Assembly: GCF_032191835.1 (NCBI RefSeq)
Contig: NC_083223.1
Coordinates: 74,586,001-74,650,000 of the forward strand
DNA: 64,000 nucleotides
Direction of reading: 5' to 3'
Source of the DNA: Heteronotia binoei
Lineage: Eukaryota
The notes under the pieces are model-generated. The model was not told the origin of the DNA. It saw nothing but the letters and a program-made list of their open reading frames with translations, and did not search any database. Shown here in pieces: positions 47,648 through 58,626 of the stretch. A program made the position numbers and the translations under genes. The first letter of the stretch is position 1, and every line of letters begins with the position of its first letter.

Positions 47648-49457
47648 CGAACGGAAGATCCTCTACGTAGATTTGAGTGTCTGGTTGCAGCGCCGTAGAC
47701 CTCAACCAAGAATGTCGACGAAGAGAAATGGCCGTCGTTAGTGATTTGGCACATGCATCTCCGGAGTGTTTGGCCGAATTTATCTGCTGCTTAGCCAGCA
47801 GTATGCTTTCCTTCTGCAGCCGCTTGAGAGTGCCCCTGGTCTGTTCAGGAAGGGTACCCAGGACGGAAGAAATCTGCTCCCATAAGGCGTATTGGTACCG
47901 TCCCATACACGCCGAGTAATTGGCTATTTTCACCCCCAATGACCCCGCAGAATATAGCCGGCGACCCATGGAGTCCAGTTTCCTGCCTTCCTTATCTGGT
48001 GGTGTGGAGTGTGTCTTCTTCGCCCGGGATGAAGAGGACACAACCACCGAGTTCGGTCTAGGATGCGTGTAGAGGAACTCGGCGGTGCTTTCTTGGATCT
48101 GATACATATGATCCAAGCGCCGGGAAGACACCGGGGTAGAAGCGGGCTTGTCCCACGAGGATTTCACCGTTTGGAGCATCACGTTGGTAAGTGGCAACGC
48201 CACTGCCGTAGAGGTGTCCCTCTGGACGACATCGAAGACACTATCCGTTATGACTGGTAGTGGCTGTTCCGTCGACAAAGACAGTGTCTGGGCCATCCTG
48301 CGGACCAGATCCCCGTAGGACTTGAGGTCCTCTGAGGGGGAAATGGGAAGTTCATCAGACGTTTTCTGGGGGGGGGGAAGGATCCCCAGAAGAGGGGTCT
48401 TCCGGGTCGTCGGGGGAGGAGTCCGACGATCTGGGGGATGCCTCTGCCGACGCCGATCGCTCGGATGGATTTCGGTCGACCGGCGACCCTTGCTCTGGTG
48501 GAGGAGTCTTGGGGGTCGGTTCCCGTCGAGTGTGATGCTCCGAGTCAGGTGGTTTCGGTACCGGATCCACTTTAGGAGCTGCCCCCATCGCCGCCGACGA
48601 ATGTTTCGACGGGCGGTAGGACATGCGAGAGTGATACGAAGTGGCAGAGCGCTGGTCCCAGTCTGGTTGCTTCGGGGCAAGCCATGGGAACGGAGGTTGC
48701 AGTGGGTAAGCGCCGTATAGATATTGCCATTGGCGCTGATCCCAGGGTACTTGCTGTACTGGCCGCTGCAGAGCACGATCAGTCCCGACCTCTTGCGGAG
48801 AGCGAGTTTCAGACCGGTCTCGATCGGATCGGTGGCGAACCGGGCTTCGGGATCGAGGAGTCTCTCGGCCCGAAGAGGAACGACGGTCCAGCGTTCTGGC
48901 CAAGCGTTGAGCCGATTCGATCTCGGAGTCCGAGTCGGTAATGACGAGCTGCGTCGAGGCCGAAGCGAGCAGCTGGCTGTCCCAACGTACAGCAAACAGC
49001 TTCAACGGGGGAACATCGCCAACCGGTCCCGGGGGAGATTCAGGAGAAGTCAACGGTGCCGACTGAGCAGGCTTAGCCTTTTCAGCTTTCTTGGGCTTTT
49101 TCGCCTTATCGCCAGACGTTGCCTTTTCGTCCTTGTGCTTTTTAATCGGCACCGGGGACTCAACGTCAGATGCCGAGCCCGCACGCTTACGGGGGCGATC
49201 GGCTTCACCGACTTGGCGATCGGCGTCGACGGACTTCGATGTCGATGACTCTTCGGGAGCGGTCTGCTCGGCGGCCATTTTGCGGGGAGAGAGGGCTTGC
49301 TCCATGAGCGCGGCTGCTAACCTTGCCGCCCGGTTTTTCCTGGTCTGCTTCGAGAATTTGGAGCAGTGGCAGCAGGAAGCCGGCGTGTGGCCTTCCCCCA
49401 GGCACAGCAGGCAAAGAGAGTGTCTGTCGGGGGGTGCAATTTTACTCCCGCACTTCG
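47361..49457 (-). pseudogene. DIRS gag-like ORF1 (N-terminal Cys/His knuckle, LAP2alpha-like region), split by +1 slip in G10 run 48368-48377, start missing
   Basis: ORF 48355-49521 has CGSKIAPPDRHSLCLLCLGEGHTPASCCHC. ORF 47361-48995 has the DIRS gag C-terminal portion (SPSEDLKSYGDLVRRMA...YTHPRPNSVVV...RRHSWLRS). Deleting one base of the run joins the two frames. Confidence 0.85.
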
Positions 49458-51793
49458 CATCGGTGTGATGCACAGAGACCACGAAGAAGATCAACACAGT
49501 TCTTTTTGGCTCTCGGCCCACCCGCCTGCCCTATGCAGTACAGGTTTTACTGGTCGCCTTATTTGGGGCCAGGTAGGAATTTTTTCATTTTCAATGTATT
49601 GGCATAAGTGAATTTGTTTTTCGCCTACCTTGTACTGCTGGTTAGTGTAGAGTTTTGGGGAGGAGTTGTTAGTTTGGTCGCTTGGCAGGATGAGGTATTG
49701 GCTACAGTATTTTAGGGGAGCACCTATGGCTCTGCACCAGTTGGTGCTGGTGGTCTGTACGAACTGCAGATGGGCTTTACGGCTCAATGCGGGGAGTGCA
49801 GATCACGACAAAGCCTCACTGGGGCGGATCCTTCAAGTGGATTGGATGCCAGTCTAAGTGGAGGTGGAGTTTGGGCCTGGCTGCTCAGCACTGGCCAGAT
49901 GATATTTGGCTTTTGCTGGGGGCAGGGTGGCTCGCCCTCCCAGGACAAGGTGGGGTACTGGGTTTGACCCCAGGGCTTGTCCTGTTAGGCTTAGACCTCT
50001 TGCCATTCCTGCTCGTTCAAGTTATGTTTAATAAAGCGGCCTGGTTTTCATCCAACAATGTGTCAGCCTCTTCATTCCGACTGGGGGGGCAATATAACTG
50101 ACGGTGAGATCTCCCAGTTTCATGCCTGATTATACTATGTAATATGGATCTTTGTATGACTGGTGCTAACAAAGATCAATGGGTAATGAAATTACAGCAT
50201 GAAAGATTACAAAAACACAGAAAGAATACTGGGCCACACAGTATTTTGGAACTGGGCCACACAGCTAAAGAAAAGGCTTGGATGACCTTTAGAACTCTGC
50301 AGGCTACATTTGGCCGACCAGTCACACATATGGCCTTGAGTTGCCCCTTTGGCACTGCTTTATAGCATAAATGTAGGTGTTGAAATCACATCTGCTGCAT
50401 GAGTCTGAAAACACATCTGCAAAGACTGTATGCCAGAGTTCCTGCTGAGATTTTGTCTGAGAACTCAAGAAACAGTAAATGTGATGTCAGACCAGTAAGG
50501 AACTGGGACAATTGAATCCAATCATAGTATACACTGAAAATGGTACATAGATTAATCCTAAATAGAAACAAACAAAAAAGAAAAATCAAACAGAAAACTT
50601 CACTGAAAAGTGATTGGTGCATAAAAAGCCCTAACAGTAGCACTGATAGCTTTTTTTTAGACCAGTCCCTGCTCCAATATCACTTAACAGCAGCTTGATG
50701 TACAGACATCAACAAATGATAGTGCTTTTCTCTATACCATTAAAACAGTCCTAATGAGACCCCAATTCTGAGAAAGCTAGCCACTGAAATTGATGGTACA
50801 TGAACAAGACTATTGCTCTGTGGTAAAATTTGACACTGTTACTAGATCAGACTAAAGGTTATTTAATCCAGCATCCTGCTTCCTCAGCCAGGTAGTTCCA
50901 GAAAGCCCCTATGCATGTTTTCAATAGCTGTTACAGAATTAATCCAAGGATAAGAGGAGGGATGTGCAGAAATTTATCTGAACCAAATATATATATCCAA
51001 AAAAACCTTATCAGTATTTTAAATATATATTTGGGTCTCCTAGCTGTCCTTTACAATATCACCCCATATAGTTTTAAGAATGTTGATGCAAGCAAAAGGT
51101 ATGAAAGAAAGTCTGCTACTTTTCCACACTGTCTCAAGGGGTGTGAATGTTGTATCCTTCGATACCAAGTGCCTTCTCACAGCAATCTTGCCTACATCAG
51201 ACAGAGTGGCTCCAGCAATTGCTACTAGCACATCACATTGCCTTTTTCCTAAGTTGGTTTTAGATGAAAAACTCAACACAAAGCCCACAACACAACATTG
51301 AGGTTACATTGTTAAATTCGAACATTTTGAAACCAATAGCTGTTATGATACTATACATAAGAAATTCCACCTTAGGCAGCATATTGCATGTGCCTGTGCT
51401 TAAAAGAAATAATTCCAGTGATTTTGCTGATCCAGCACTCAGATGTTTATATAATGCAGAAATATAAGCCTTGGTATGTGCTCTATACCTATAAGTGCAG
51501 TTTCCAGTTCTGAGACTTAAATCTCAAAAACAAAAAAACCAACAATAACAACCAACAACAACAAGATCCAAAACAAAATAAAAATCCTACTGTAAAATTC
51601 AAACTTAGGATCGAGATATTAGTTTCAAAATAATGCTTAAAATCAGAATCAAGATATTAATTTCAAAATATTAAATAACTCTTATGGTAATTATTGTATA
51701 TGAGGCCAAGCTGAGAAATGCCTCCTACTTGTCTGAATTTTTAAGAATATCTTTCACAACAGATAATGGGAAATGAGTTCTTGTTTATCTTAC

Positions 51794-51865
51794 TGGTGAT
51801 CCACGATCTCCTGGTTTCCCTGGTTTCCCAGTAGGGCCAGCTACTCCAGGCACTCCTGGGGCACC
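51794..51865 (-). CDS. COL12A1: Collagen XII exon (COL2), 72 bp, GAPGVPGVAGPTGKPGKPGDRGSP
   Basis: AG/GTAAG boundaries, phase 0; GKPGKPGD motif. Confidence 0.95.
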
Positions 51866-52062
51866 CTGTGCAGAAGAACATTGGAAAGGAATGTTACAAA
51901 GGAGCATACTAATAGTGGCTGGTAAATATGCTTAATTAACTATACTGTGTGAAATTAGTGAGATGGTAACTAGAAGTGCTACTCTAAGCAGAGTTACACA
52001 AATCTAAGACTGATTTAGAAGGGTGCAATTCTGCCTAAGAAGGCATTGTAAATGGTGTAAAG

Positions 52063-52791
52063 CAGGAGTGGCCAAACTGAGGCTCAGGAGCCACATGCAG
52101 CTCTTTCACACATTTGTGTGGCTCCCAGAGGTCGAGGAGGAACTTAATGCAGGCTTACTCTCAAGTAAGTGTGCTTAGCATCGGGATCTCAGTCAGCCTC
52201 TGAGTGCTGACCCATAGGTAGGTGAAGGTGATTATTTCTGCCATGTGGGAAGTCGGGAAGGAGAGGGAAATAGGCAGGCTTGCAAACTCTTTTTCTCCGC
52301 CACAGAGGACATCTGTAGACCTAGAGCAGGGAAAGAGAGCACAAGAGCCAAGGGAGCCACTGGAAGGAGAGGCAGAATTAAAGAGGGCAGCACGGGGTTT
52401 CCCCTTAGTTTCATAGATCTTGTAGGAACTGTATTTACTAACCTTGGTGTCAAGGCAAAGAGAGATGCATAACTGTGCAAATGGTGGTCAGTGATTTATA
52501 TGGTACATGTTATGTTTCCTTCTCCCACTGGTGCCAAAAAATAATTCCCTAACCTTTCCTTATGCTGGTTTTATGGGGACTGTTATTCCCAGCTTTTGTT
52601 TTTTAAAAAGTCTCCTTCTAACATGGTCATGTTGTCAAATGTCTACATATGTATTTTATCTTTCTGTGCAAAGAAAATATCAAGAGTTTTAATAAAGATG
52701 TGTGTGTAATATTTGTTCATGTCTTGCGGCTCTCAAACATCTGACATTTATTCTAGGTGGCGCTTACATTAAGCAAGTCTTGCCAACCCTG
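52063..52791. mobile_element. hAT/Charlie-like MITE, 729 bp
   Basis: caggagtggccaaact / agtcttgccaaccctg ends; perfect 8-bp TSD gtgtaaag (52055-52062 and 52792-52799). Confidence 0.85.
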
Positions 52792-53045
52792 GTGTAAAGG
52801 AATGCATCTACGAATTCTCTCTACTATCCACTTTTATTGGTTTACATTTTCATATGCCTTGCAACATATACCATGAGCCTCTCAGTTTTCTTTTACTTAT
52901 TTTCTTTATAGACTTTTACTGTGCTGCTCAAAAAGGTGTACATGGAACTGCTTGGCTTCAGCAAAGTTGCTGTATTTTGTGCCTTCCAGCTATACCAGGA
53001 ACATAGATTTTTATTTTTTATGATTTCATGAGGAAAGGTGACTTA

Positions 53046-53295
53046 CAGTATGTCACAGAAGTGAGTACACGCCCTCACATTTTGTAAATATTTAAGTATA
53101 TCTTTTCATGTGACAACACTGAAGAAATGACACTTGGCCACAATGTAAAGTAGTGAGTCTACAGCTTGTATAACAGTGTAAATGTGTTGTCCCCATAAAA
53201 TTACGCAACACAATTTCTTCAGTGTTGTCACATGAAAAGATATACTTAAATATTTACAAAATGTGAGGGGGTGAACTCACTTCTGTGACATACTG
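53046..53295. mobile_element. Tc1/mariner-derived MITE, 250 bp, 83-bp TIRs
   Basis: TA TSD on both sides; 53046-53128 is the near-perfect inverse of 53213-53295 (cagtatgtcacagaagtgagt...gaagaaat). Confidence 0.92.
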
Positions 53296-54413
53296 TATTT
53301 GCAGTTGGAAATTTGCCTAATAATTTCCTTTATGCCTTCTGGCCATACTAACTGACTATGGGTTTTAGTAAATGGGAGTAAAATGGTAAGAGTGCCAGGC
53401 TGCTCTATTGTTAGGCAATCTTTTAAAACAGCATCATATTCTTCTAGTTAAGACAGAGAAGTTTCTAATCATTCAAATACATGTACAGTAAGATGGCAGG
53501 GATTGGTCCAGCTGCTTCAGGTTGTCAAGGAGCAGAGTGCTCCATACTCAGATAGTCACTGGAGTTCCTATTAGCAACCAGCCTGGGAAGAGTGTATGCT
53601 ATTCCATTTTAAAGATTACAGAATCCTTGCTCCCTTCAGCTTCCCCTTAGTGTTATTTCCACTTGAAGAAGTGGGTGATGACAGGAAAACAGACAGACAT
53701 ACAGACAGGTAGACTTAATACATGTGGAATTTTATATAGGGAAATTAAATCACAATTTCAGAGCAACTCCTTCCTAGTGGCTAGCTTTTTTTTTTTTAAG
53801 AACTATACCCCAGAAACCAGGAGCTTTTCTTTTGAGAATGTATTTTCCAATCTGCCACAAACCCCAAGACTTCTCAACATTCACATCTTCCTCATCACAT
53901 CAAAGGCACAAATTCCATAAGAGAAATTTTCAAGCCTCATAAAACATCATGAAGCTTCTAGTATTCTCAAAGCTTAACTGTACTCAAAATGATTTCCTCT
54001 TGACTGTTTTCCAGCATAATGAACATGTGCAGACCACATTAGCTGCAGCCAGATTTAAAAAACGTCTTCAATTTAACCATCTGTAGCCATCAAAGTTTCT
54101 TTCTATTCTGCCATATTTGTGGGGACATGACTTAGAATGCACAGAGGAAAAGTCAACAGGCTACATATTTTCCCTGACTCAACAACTAGATAAGATAGTG
54201 AGGTACTGCATAATACACAAAATTAAACAGCTGTCTAATATAACCTGTTCATGTGGTCGCACAAAAGATGAGGTGGGTAGGTGTGGAAAACAGCATCTTG
54301 ACATTTTGATATGAGACTGATGCAGTTGACAAATGCATGATTCAACAAAACAAAAACCTCCGAATTAACATTTTAAAAATTGCATTTGAATAATATTATA
54401 AATTAACACTTAC

Positions 54414-54467
54414 AATTGGTCCAGGGGGACCTCTTGGTCCTGTTGGACCATCTTTTCCGGTAAAGCC
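54414..54467 (-). CDS. COL12A1: Collagen XII exon (COL2), 54 bp, GFTGKDGPTGPRGPPGPI
   Basis: AG/GTAAG boundaries, phase 0; GFTGKDG motif. Confidence 0.95.
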
Positions 54468-54805
54468 CTATTTGAAAAATGAAGATTTATAGCTTAAAAA
54501 TGAAAGAGACAATTAATTGTATGACAATTAGTTTAAGTTATTCACTATTAACTTTTAATGGATTATTTCAAACCGTTGTGCTATCTTGTTTATTCTACTA
54601 AGCATGGATTACACAGTCATGCCAACTAATACCAGTATATACTAAGGTGTTACTTAGACTGAGAAGTCATGCTTAGTGCTAAAGCTCACTCAAATAAATA
54701 AGAAAGCCCCATTAAATCAGAGCATCAAATCAGAGTCCCCTCTCAAAAAGCACACAAAAACTTTGCATTAGCAGTTTGCAATCAAGATAATCCTAGGGTT
54801 GTCAT

Positions 54806-55758
54806 CAGGCCCGTAGCTACGATGGGGCCTATGGGAACACAGCCCCCCCCGAATTGGGGCCCCTAACCAACCTGCAGTGCCTCAGCTGCATCCTTCTCCA
54901 TTCTTCCGTCATCACACACAGTTGCTTCTGCTTGCTGAGGGGCCGGAAGAAATCTCTGACCCCTCAGCAAGCAGAAACAACGGGGCATTTTCAGCACCCA
55001 GGACTGAAAGTTAAGCTCCGTTGCTTCTGCTTGCTTAGGGGCCGGAAGAAATCTCTGACCTCTCAACAAGTAGAAACAACAGGGCACTTTCAACGCCCAG
55101 GACTGAAAGTTAAGCTCCGCATTGGGCTGACGTTGGACTATAGGGCGCCTTCAAGAAGAGGCTGTTCTGGCCGTCAAGCGAGGCGGCGGGAGTAGGGAGC
55201 AGATGGCTTCATTGCAGGTTTTCTCTGCCAGACAGGGCAGGGTAAGGTAGGCTGGCGCACACAAGCGGAGGTCCCGGCTGCAGTCTGGGGCTGGGGATCA
55301 GTGGAGAGGAGATGCTCACCTGCAGGGGTTTTCTGGCCTGGTCTCGCTGGCCACCCGAGTGAGGGAGTTGCACTTGGGCAGTCTTGGCTTGCCCTCTGAT
55401 AGGAAGAAATCCAAATCGGAGGTCTTGTAGCCCCAGAAGTCAGCTGTGACTTGGTGGCGCCTTCTACCCCCCCCCCCTTTGTCCCACCGGGCTTGCCTAG
55501 CTGGATCATGCTACAGGTAAGGGCAGGAGACCGTGTGGCACGTATCTAAACCCTGACTGGCTCCCCATCAGAGCTGCTGGAAGAGGAGTGGAAAGGGATC
55601 ACCTTGGAGCAACTGTGGGGAGGGGGGTGTATGGCAGCGAGCTGGCAGCTTTCCTCCTCAGCGGTGGTAGGAGAGAAGGCCATGGAGGTTGGGGTCACTA
55701 TGTGCCCCCTGAAAAAAATCAGGGCCCCCCAATTCTTCCAATCCTGGCTATGGGACTG
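54806..55758. mobile_element. hAT-type MITE, 953 bp, containing a 99-bp tandem duplication
   Basis: TIR caggcccgtagc / gctatgggactg; perfect TSD gttgtcat (54798-54805 and 55759-55766). Confidence 0.87.
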
Positions 55759-56836
55759 GTTGTCATCTTCTCAAATACCTTCAGTGCCAATAGTCTTTCT
55801 CTACAGTTGGATAAAATACTGATCTCTTATTCCTTAATTTCCACATCACCATTTTTTAATTTGGCTTTTTAATGAAATTCTTCAAGTATTCACATCTCCA
55901 CTGTATAACAGCCAGGCCAAGTTGTTCTGTATTAATTCTAGTTTTAGTATGGAAACCAATACGCAGTTTAGTTGATAGTATAGTACTGAGAGGCTCTTTT
56001 CAAAAGCAAGCTTCCTTTCCTAATCCAAAATCTGCATGGATTCTCAGTTCAATCAGAGTCTTTGTGCTGATGGTTTATGGCTTGACAATGTACATACAGT
56101 CATTGGTCAAAGCCAATTCAGGAGTCTTTGGGTAATGTAAAACATTTAAACTGTGACATCCCTCATATTAATGTGCACAAGCACACATAATCGTCATAGT
56201 GACACTTATCATTTGTATAACGCTTTACAGTATTCAAAGTACTTTACATCCATCACCTTCTTGTAATACTTAAAACAATTTTGTAAAATAGGTATTAGGA
56301 TCCCTATATTGCAAATGAGGGATCGAGGCAAATGGCTACCTGAGTTGAGTTCATGGCAGAAGTGAGATTCAAATCAAGGATTACTTGAGCCATCAATTGT
56401 CTGGCTATTATGCCTCCCTGGATCTTAATTTATTCCACTTGTCCATGTGGCTTGTTAAACTACATTTAGATTTCATTCACCCTGACACTTGGCCACTCCT
56501 TGCAGCAGCCTCTGATGGGTATCATGTCCATGTAGGAAAACTGTGCATGGGCTACATGTCATATATGCAAATGGTGTGTAATGACACACATATCTAATTT
56601 GCACATGAAGCATGATACTGATGACAATCAAGATGCCCTACTTTACAAGTGATCAAATTTTCCTACTTAGAAGACATTTATGTGTGAAATTATATGTGAA
56701 GGCATATTCAAATATAATTTCTTACATAAATATCTTTTCTAAGTAGAAAAACTGTTGCCTGCGGTTAAAACAAGATCTGTTGCTTAAACAATACCACAGC
56801 CTCATAGCCAATGGACCTCTCATCTCTTATGCTTAC

Positions 56837-56890
56837 CCTGTCACCTGGAGGTCCCATTGGGCCAGGGGGCCCAGGTAATCCTGGAGACCC
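56837..56890 (-). CDS. COL12A1: Collagen XII exon (COL2), 54 bp, GSPGLPGPPGPMGPPGDR
   Basis: AG/GTAAG boundaries, phase 0, Gly-X-Y. Confidence 0.95.
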
Positions 56891-57394
56891 CTAAAGAAAA
56901 AAGATGTTAAAAAATCAGAAAATTATTCAGCTTTACAATAGAAAACTTAAGATGACATTTTCATATATATTCTAAACTCATCAGTTACTGTGATACTGCT
57001 TTTTGGCAGCAGATGGAACATGCAGACAAGCAAACAAAAATACCCTGATACAAATAACCAAGAAAGAAAAAAAATCATTCTAATTTTCACTTTACTTGTA
57101 TTTTTGTCCCTACAAAAAATTATGTTACAGATGATAACTTTAAAGGTGAATTTGAGATATTGGTTAATCATTAAAGATCTGTTTCTAAAAGTCCATATGC
57201 CAAATGTAACATATTATGAACTGCCTAAAATTGTCTAACTTTAATTCCACCAACTACTTTTCTTTTCAAACATGACAACCGACACACAAAATGAATTTTT
57301 ACCTATGTGTTTTAGTTAAATTTTATAAATTTCAATTGTTTTTACAGTGCTTAGTTTTCTGTGTTCAAGAATAGCTGAACACATACATGAAAAC

Positions 57395-58074
57395 TAGGGA
57401 TGTACAAAAAAGACTCTGATATTTTTCAGATTAGGGTATATTAAACCCAGAAAGCATTGGTATTTCCTGATATTCCTGGATCTCAATACTGGTATGGTAT
57501 AATATATTCATAAATATTCAGGAAGCCAATTTTTTTTTGCTCCATTATACCCTATGGGGACCATTATAGTCAACAGATCGGCTATAATGGAGAATTGAGC
57601 CGGGGGTATCTGGGGCTCTGTTTTTTGAGGTAGAATCACCACATTTGCAGCATCGCTGCTGGTGCCTCTCCTCAAAAAAAATCACCAAGTTTCAAAAAGA
57701 TTTGACCAGGGGGTCCAATTCTATGGGCCCCAGAAGATGCCCCCATCCTCCATTGTTTCCATTGGAAGGGGGAAAGGTATTTAAAGGGAACACAGTCCCT
57801 TTAAATTCCATTTGCAAATCATGGCTGAACTCTGAAGGCATTTAAAGGGCTCACAGTCTTTTTAAATGCCTTCTCCAAGCAGTGAGTTCACCCAGAAAGG
57901 GAACTGCAATCCCTGAAGTGCCCATTAAATTCAGAAATATCCCAGGGTCTGGCCATTTTGTATAGTCAAAATTGAGCCCCAGTTGGTAACTGGATTTAAA
58001 AATACCTGAAAAATACCAATAAAGTATTTTAAAGGTATTTTTTCAGTTCAGTTTATGCTGAATGCACACCTGTA
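57395..58074. mobile_element. hAT MITE related to the 1854-4469 and 10353-11138 families
   Basis: tagggatgtaca / tgcacacctgta ends; imperfect TSD atgaaaac / atgaaact; shared ccattataccctatggg and ggggtccaattctatgggcccc blocks. Confidence 0.65.
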
Positions 58075-58164
58075 ATGAAACTTTGTTCATTCAAGCCTGT
58101 AGGTTATTTAAGCTAGTTCTTTTGGAATGCAAGTGTCATAGTCACACCATAAAAATGAACTTAC

Positions 58165-58218
58165 TGATCGACCTGGTAGCCCTGGCTCTCCAGCATCACC
58201 TTTTATCCCTTGACGGCC
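58165..58218 (-). CDS. COL12A1: Collagen XII exon (COL2), 54 bp, GRQGIKGDAGEPGLPGRS
   Basis: AG/GTAAG boundaries, phase 0, Gly-X-Y; matches recalled GRQGMKGDAGEPGLPGRT. Confidence 0.95.
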
Positions 58219-58440
58219 CTACAATTGATAACAAATAATAAAGGGTATTTGTTTTCTGTAAAGTAATTGACATTATGAACTAAAGAATATATAACATTCA
58301 GATCAAAATACACATTCTAATAGAGCTCATTATGCCCAGTGTTCATGCAAGTAGCTGTTGAGAAGAAAAATCTTGATCTTGACTCAAACCAGTAAAAGGA
58401 AGGCAAAGATGAGTTTTCTCACCCATATTTCTGTTATCAC

Positions 58441-58626
58441 CAAGGCTTTTTTTTTATAGCAGGAACGTCTTTGCATATTAGGTGACATATCCCTAATGTA
58501 GCCAATCCTCCAGGAGCTTACAGTGGGCTCTGTAAGAAGATCCCTGTAAGCTCTTGGAGAACTGGCTACATCAGGGGTGTGTGGCCTAATATGCATAGGA
58601 GTTCCTGCTACAAAAAAAAACCCCTG
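58441..58626. mobile_element. Palindromic hAT MITE, 186 bp (decayed relatives at ~28428-28570 and ~29335-29450)
   Basis: Near-complete inverted repeat; perfect TSD gttatcac (58433-58440 and 58627-58634). Confidence 0.9.

Larger units (their letters stand above)
44063..49491 (-). mobile_element. DIRS1-like tyrosine-recombinase retrotransposon (gag, RT-RNaseH-MT, overlapping YR, ICR, right terminal repeat; left TR mostly deleted)
   Basis: Domain order gag/RT/RH/MT/YR. The ICR halves are exact inverted copies of the two termini: 44322-44378 matches 44063-44119 (57 bp) and 44379-44412 matches 49458-49491 (34 bp). CpG-rich against a CpG-poor host. Confidence 0.95.
43921..50098. mobile_element. 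Putative solo-LTR-like sequence (about 43921-44062 plus 49492-50098) split by the DIRS insertion
   Basis: GC-richer flanks on both sides of the DIRS: a TGACTCA site and GC boxes on the left; AATAAA near 50030 and an aatataac end on the right. No clean TG..CA ends or TSD found. Confidence 0.35.

Noticed and set aside
48377-48995. ~200-codon N-terminal extension of the 544-aa gag ORF in a second frame
   Set aside because: It lies over a low-complexity Ser/Arg/Pro-rich GC-rich part of gag where stops are rare. Unlike the pol/YR overlap it leads to no separate domain once the homopolymer slip is corrected.
45778-49607. Numerous plus-strand ORFs (up to 176 aa) antisense to the DIRS genes
   Set aside because: Expected shadows of GC-rich coding sequence on the opposite strand; no motifs.
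54854-55195. 113-aa ORF with a 33-aa repeat
   Set aside because: Translation of the 99-bp tandem duplication in a MITE; antisense to the host gene with no domain.
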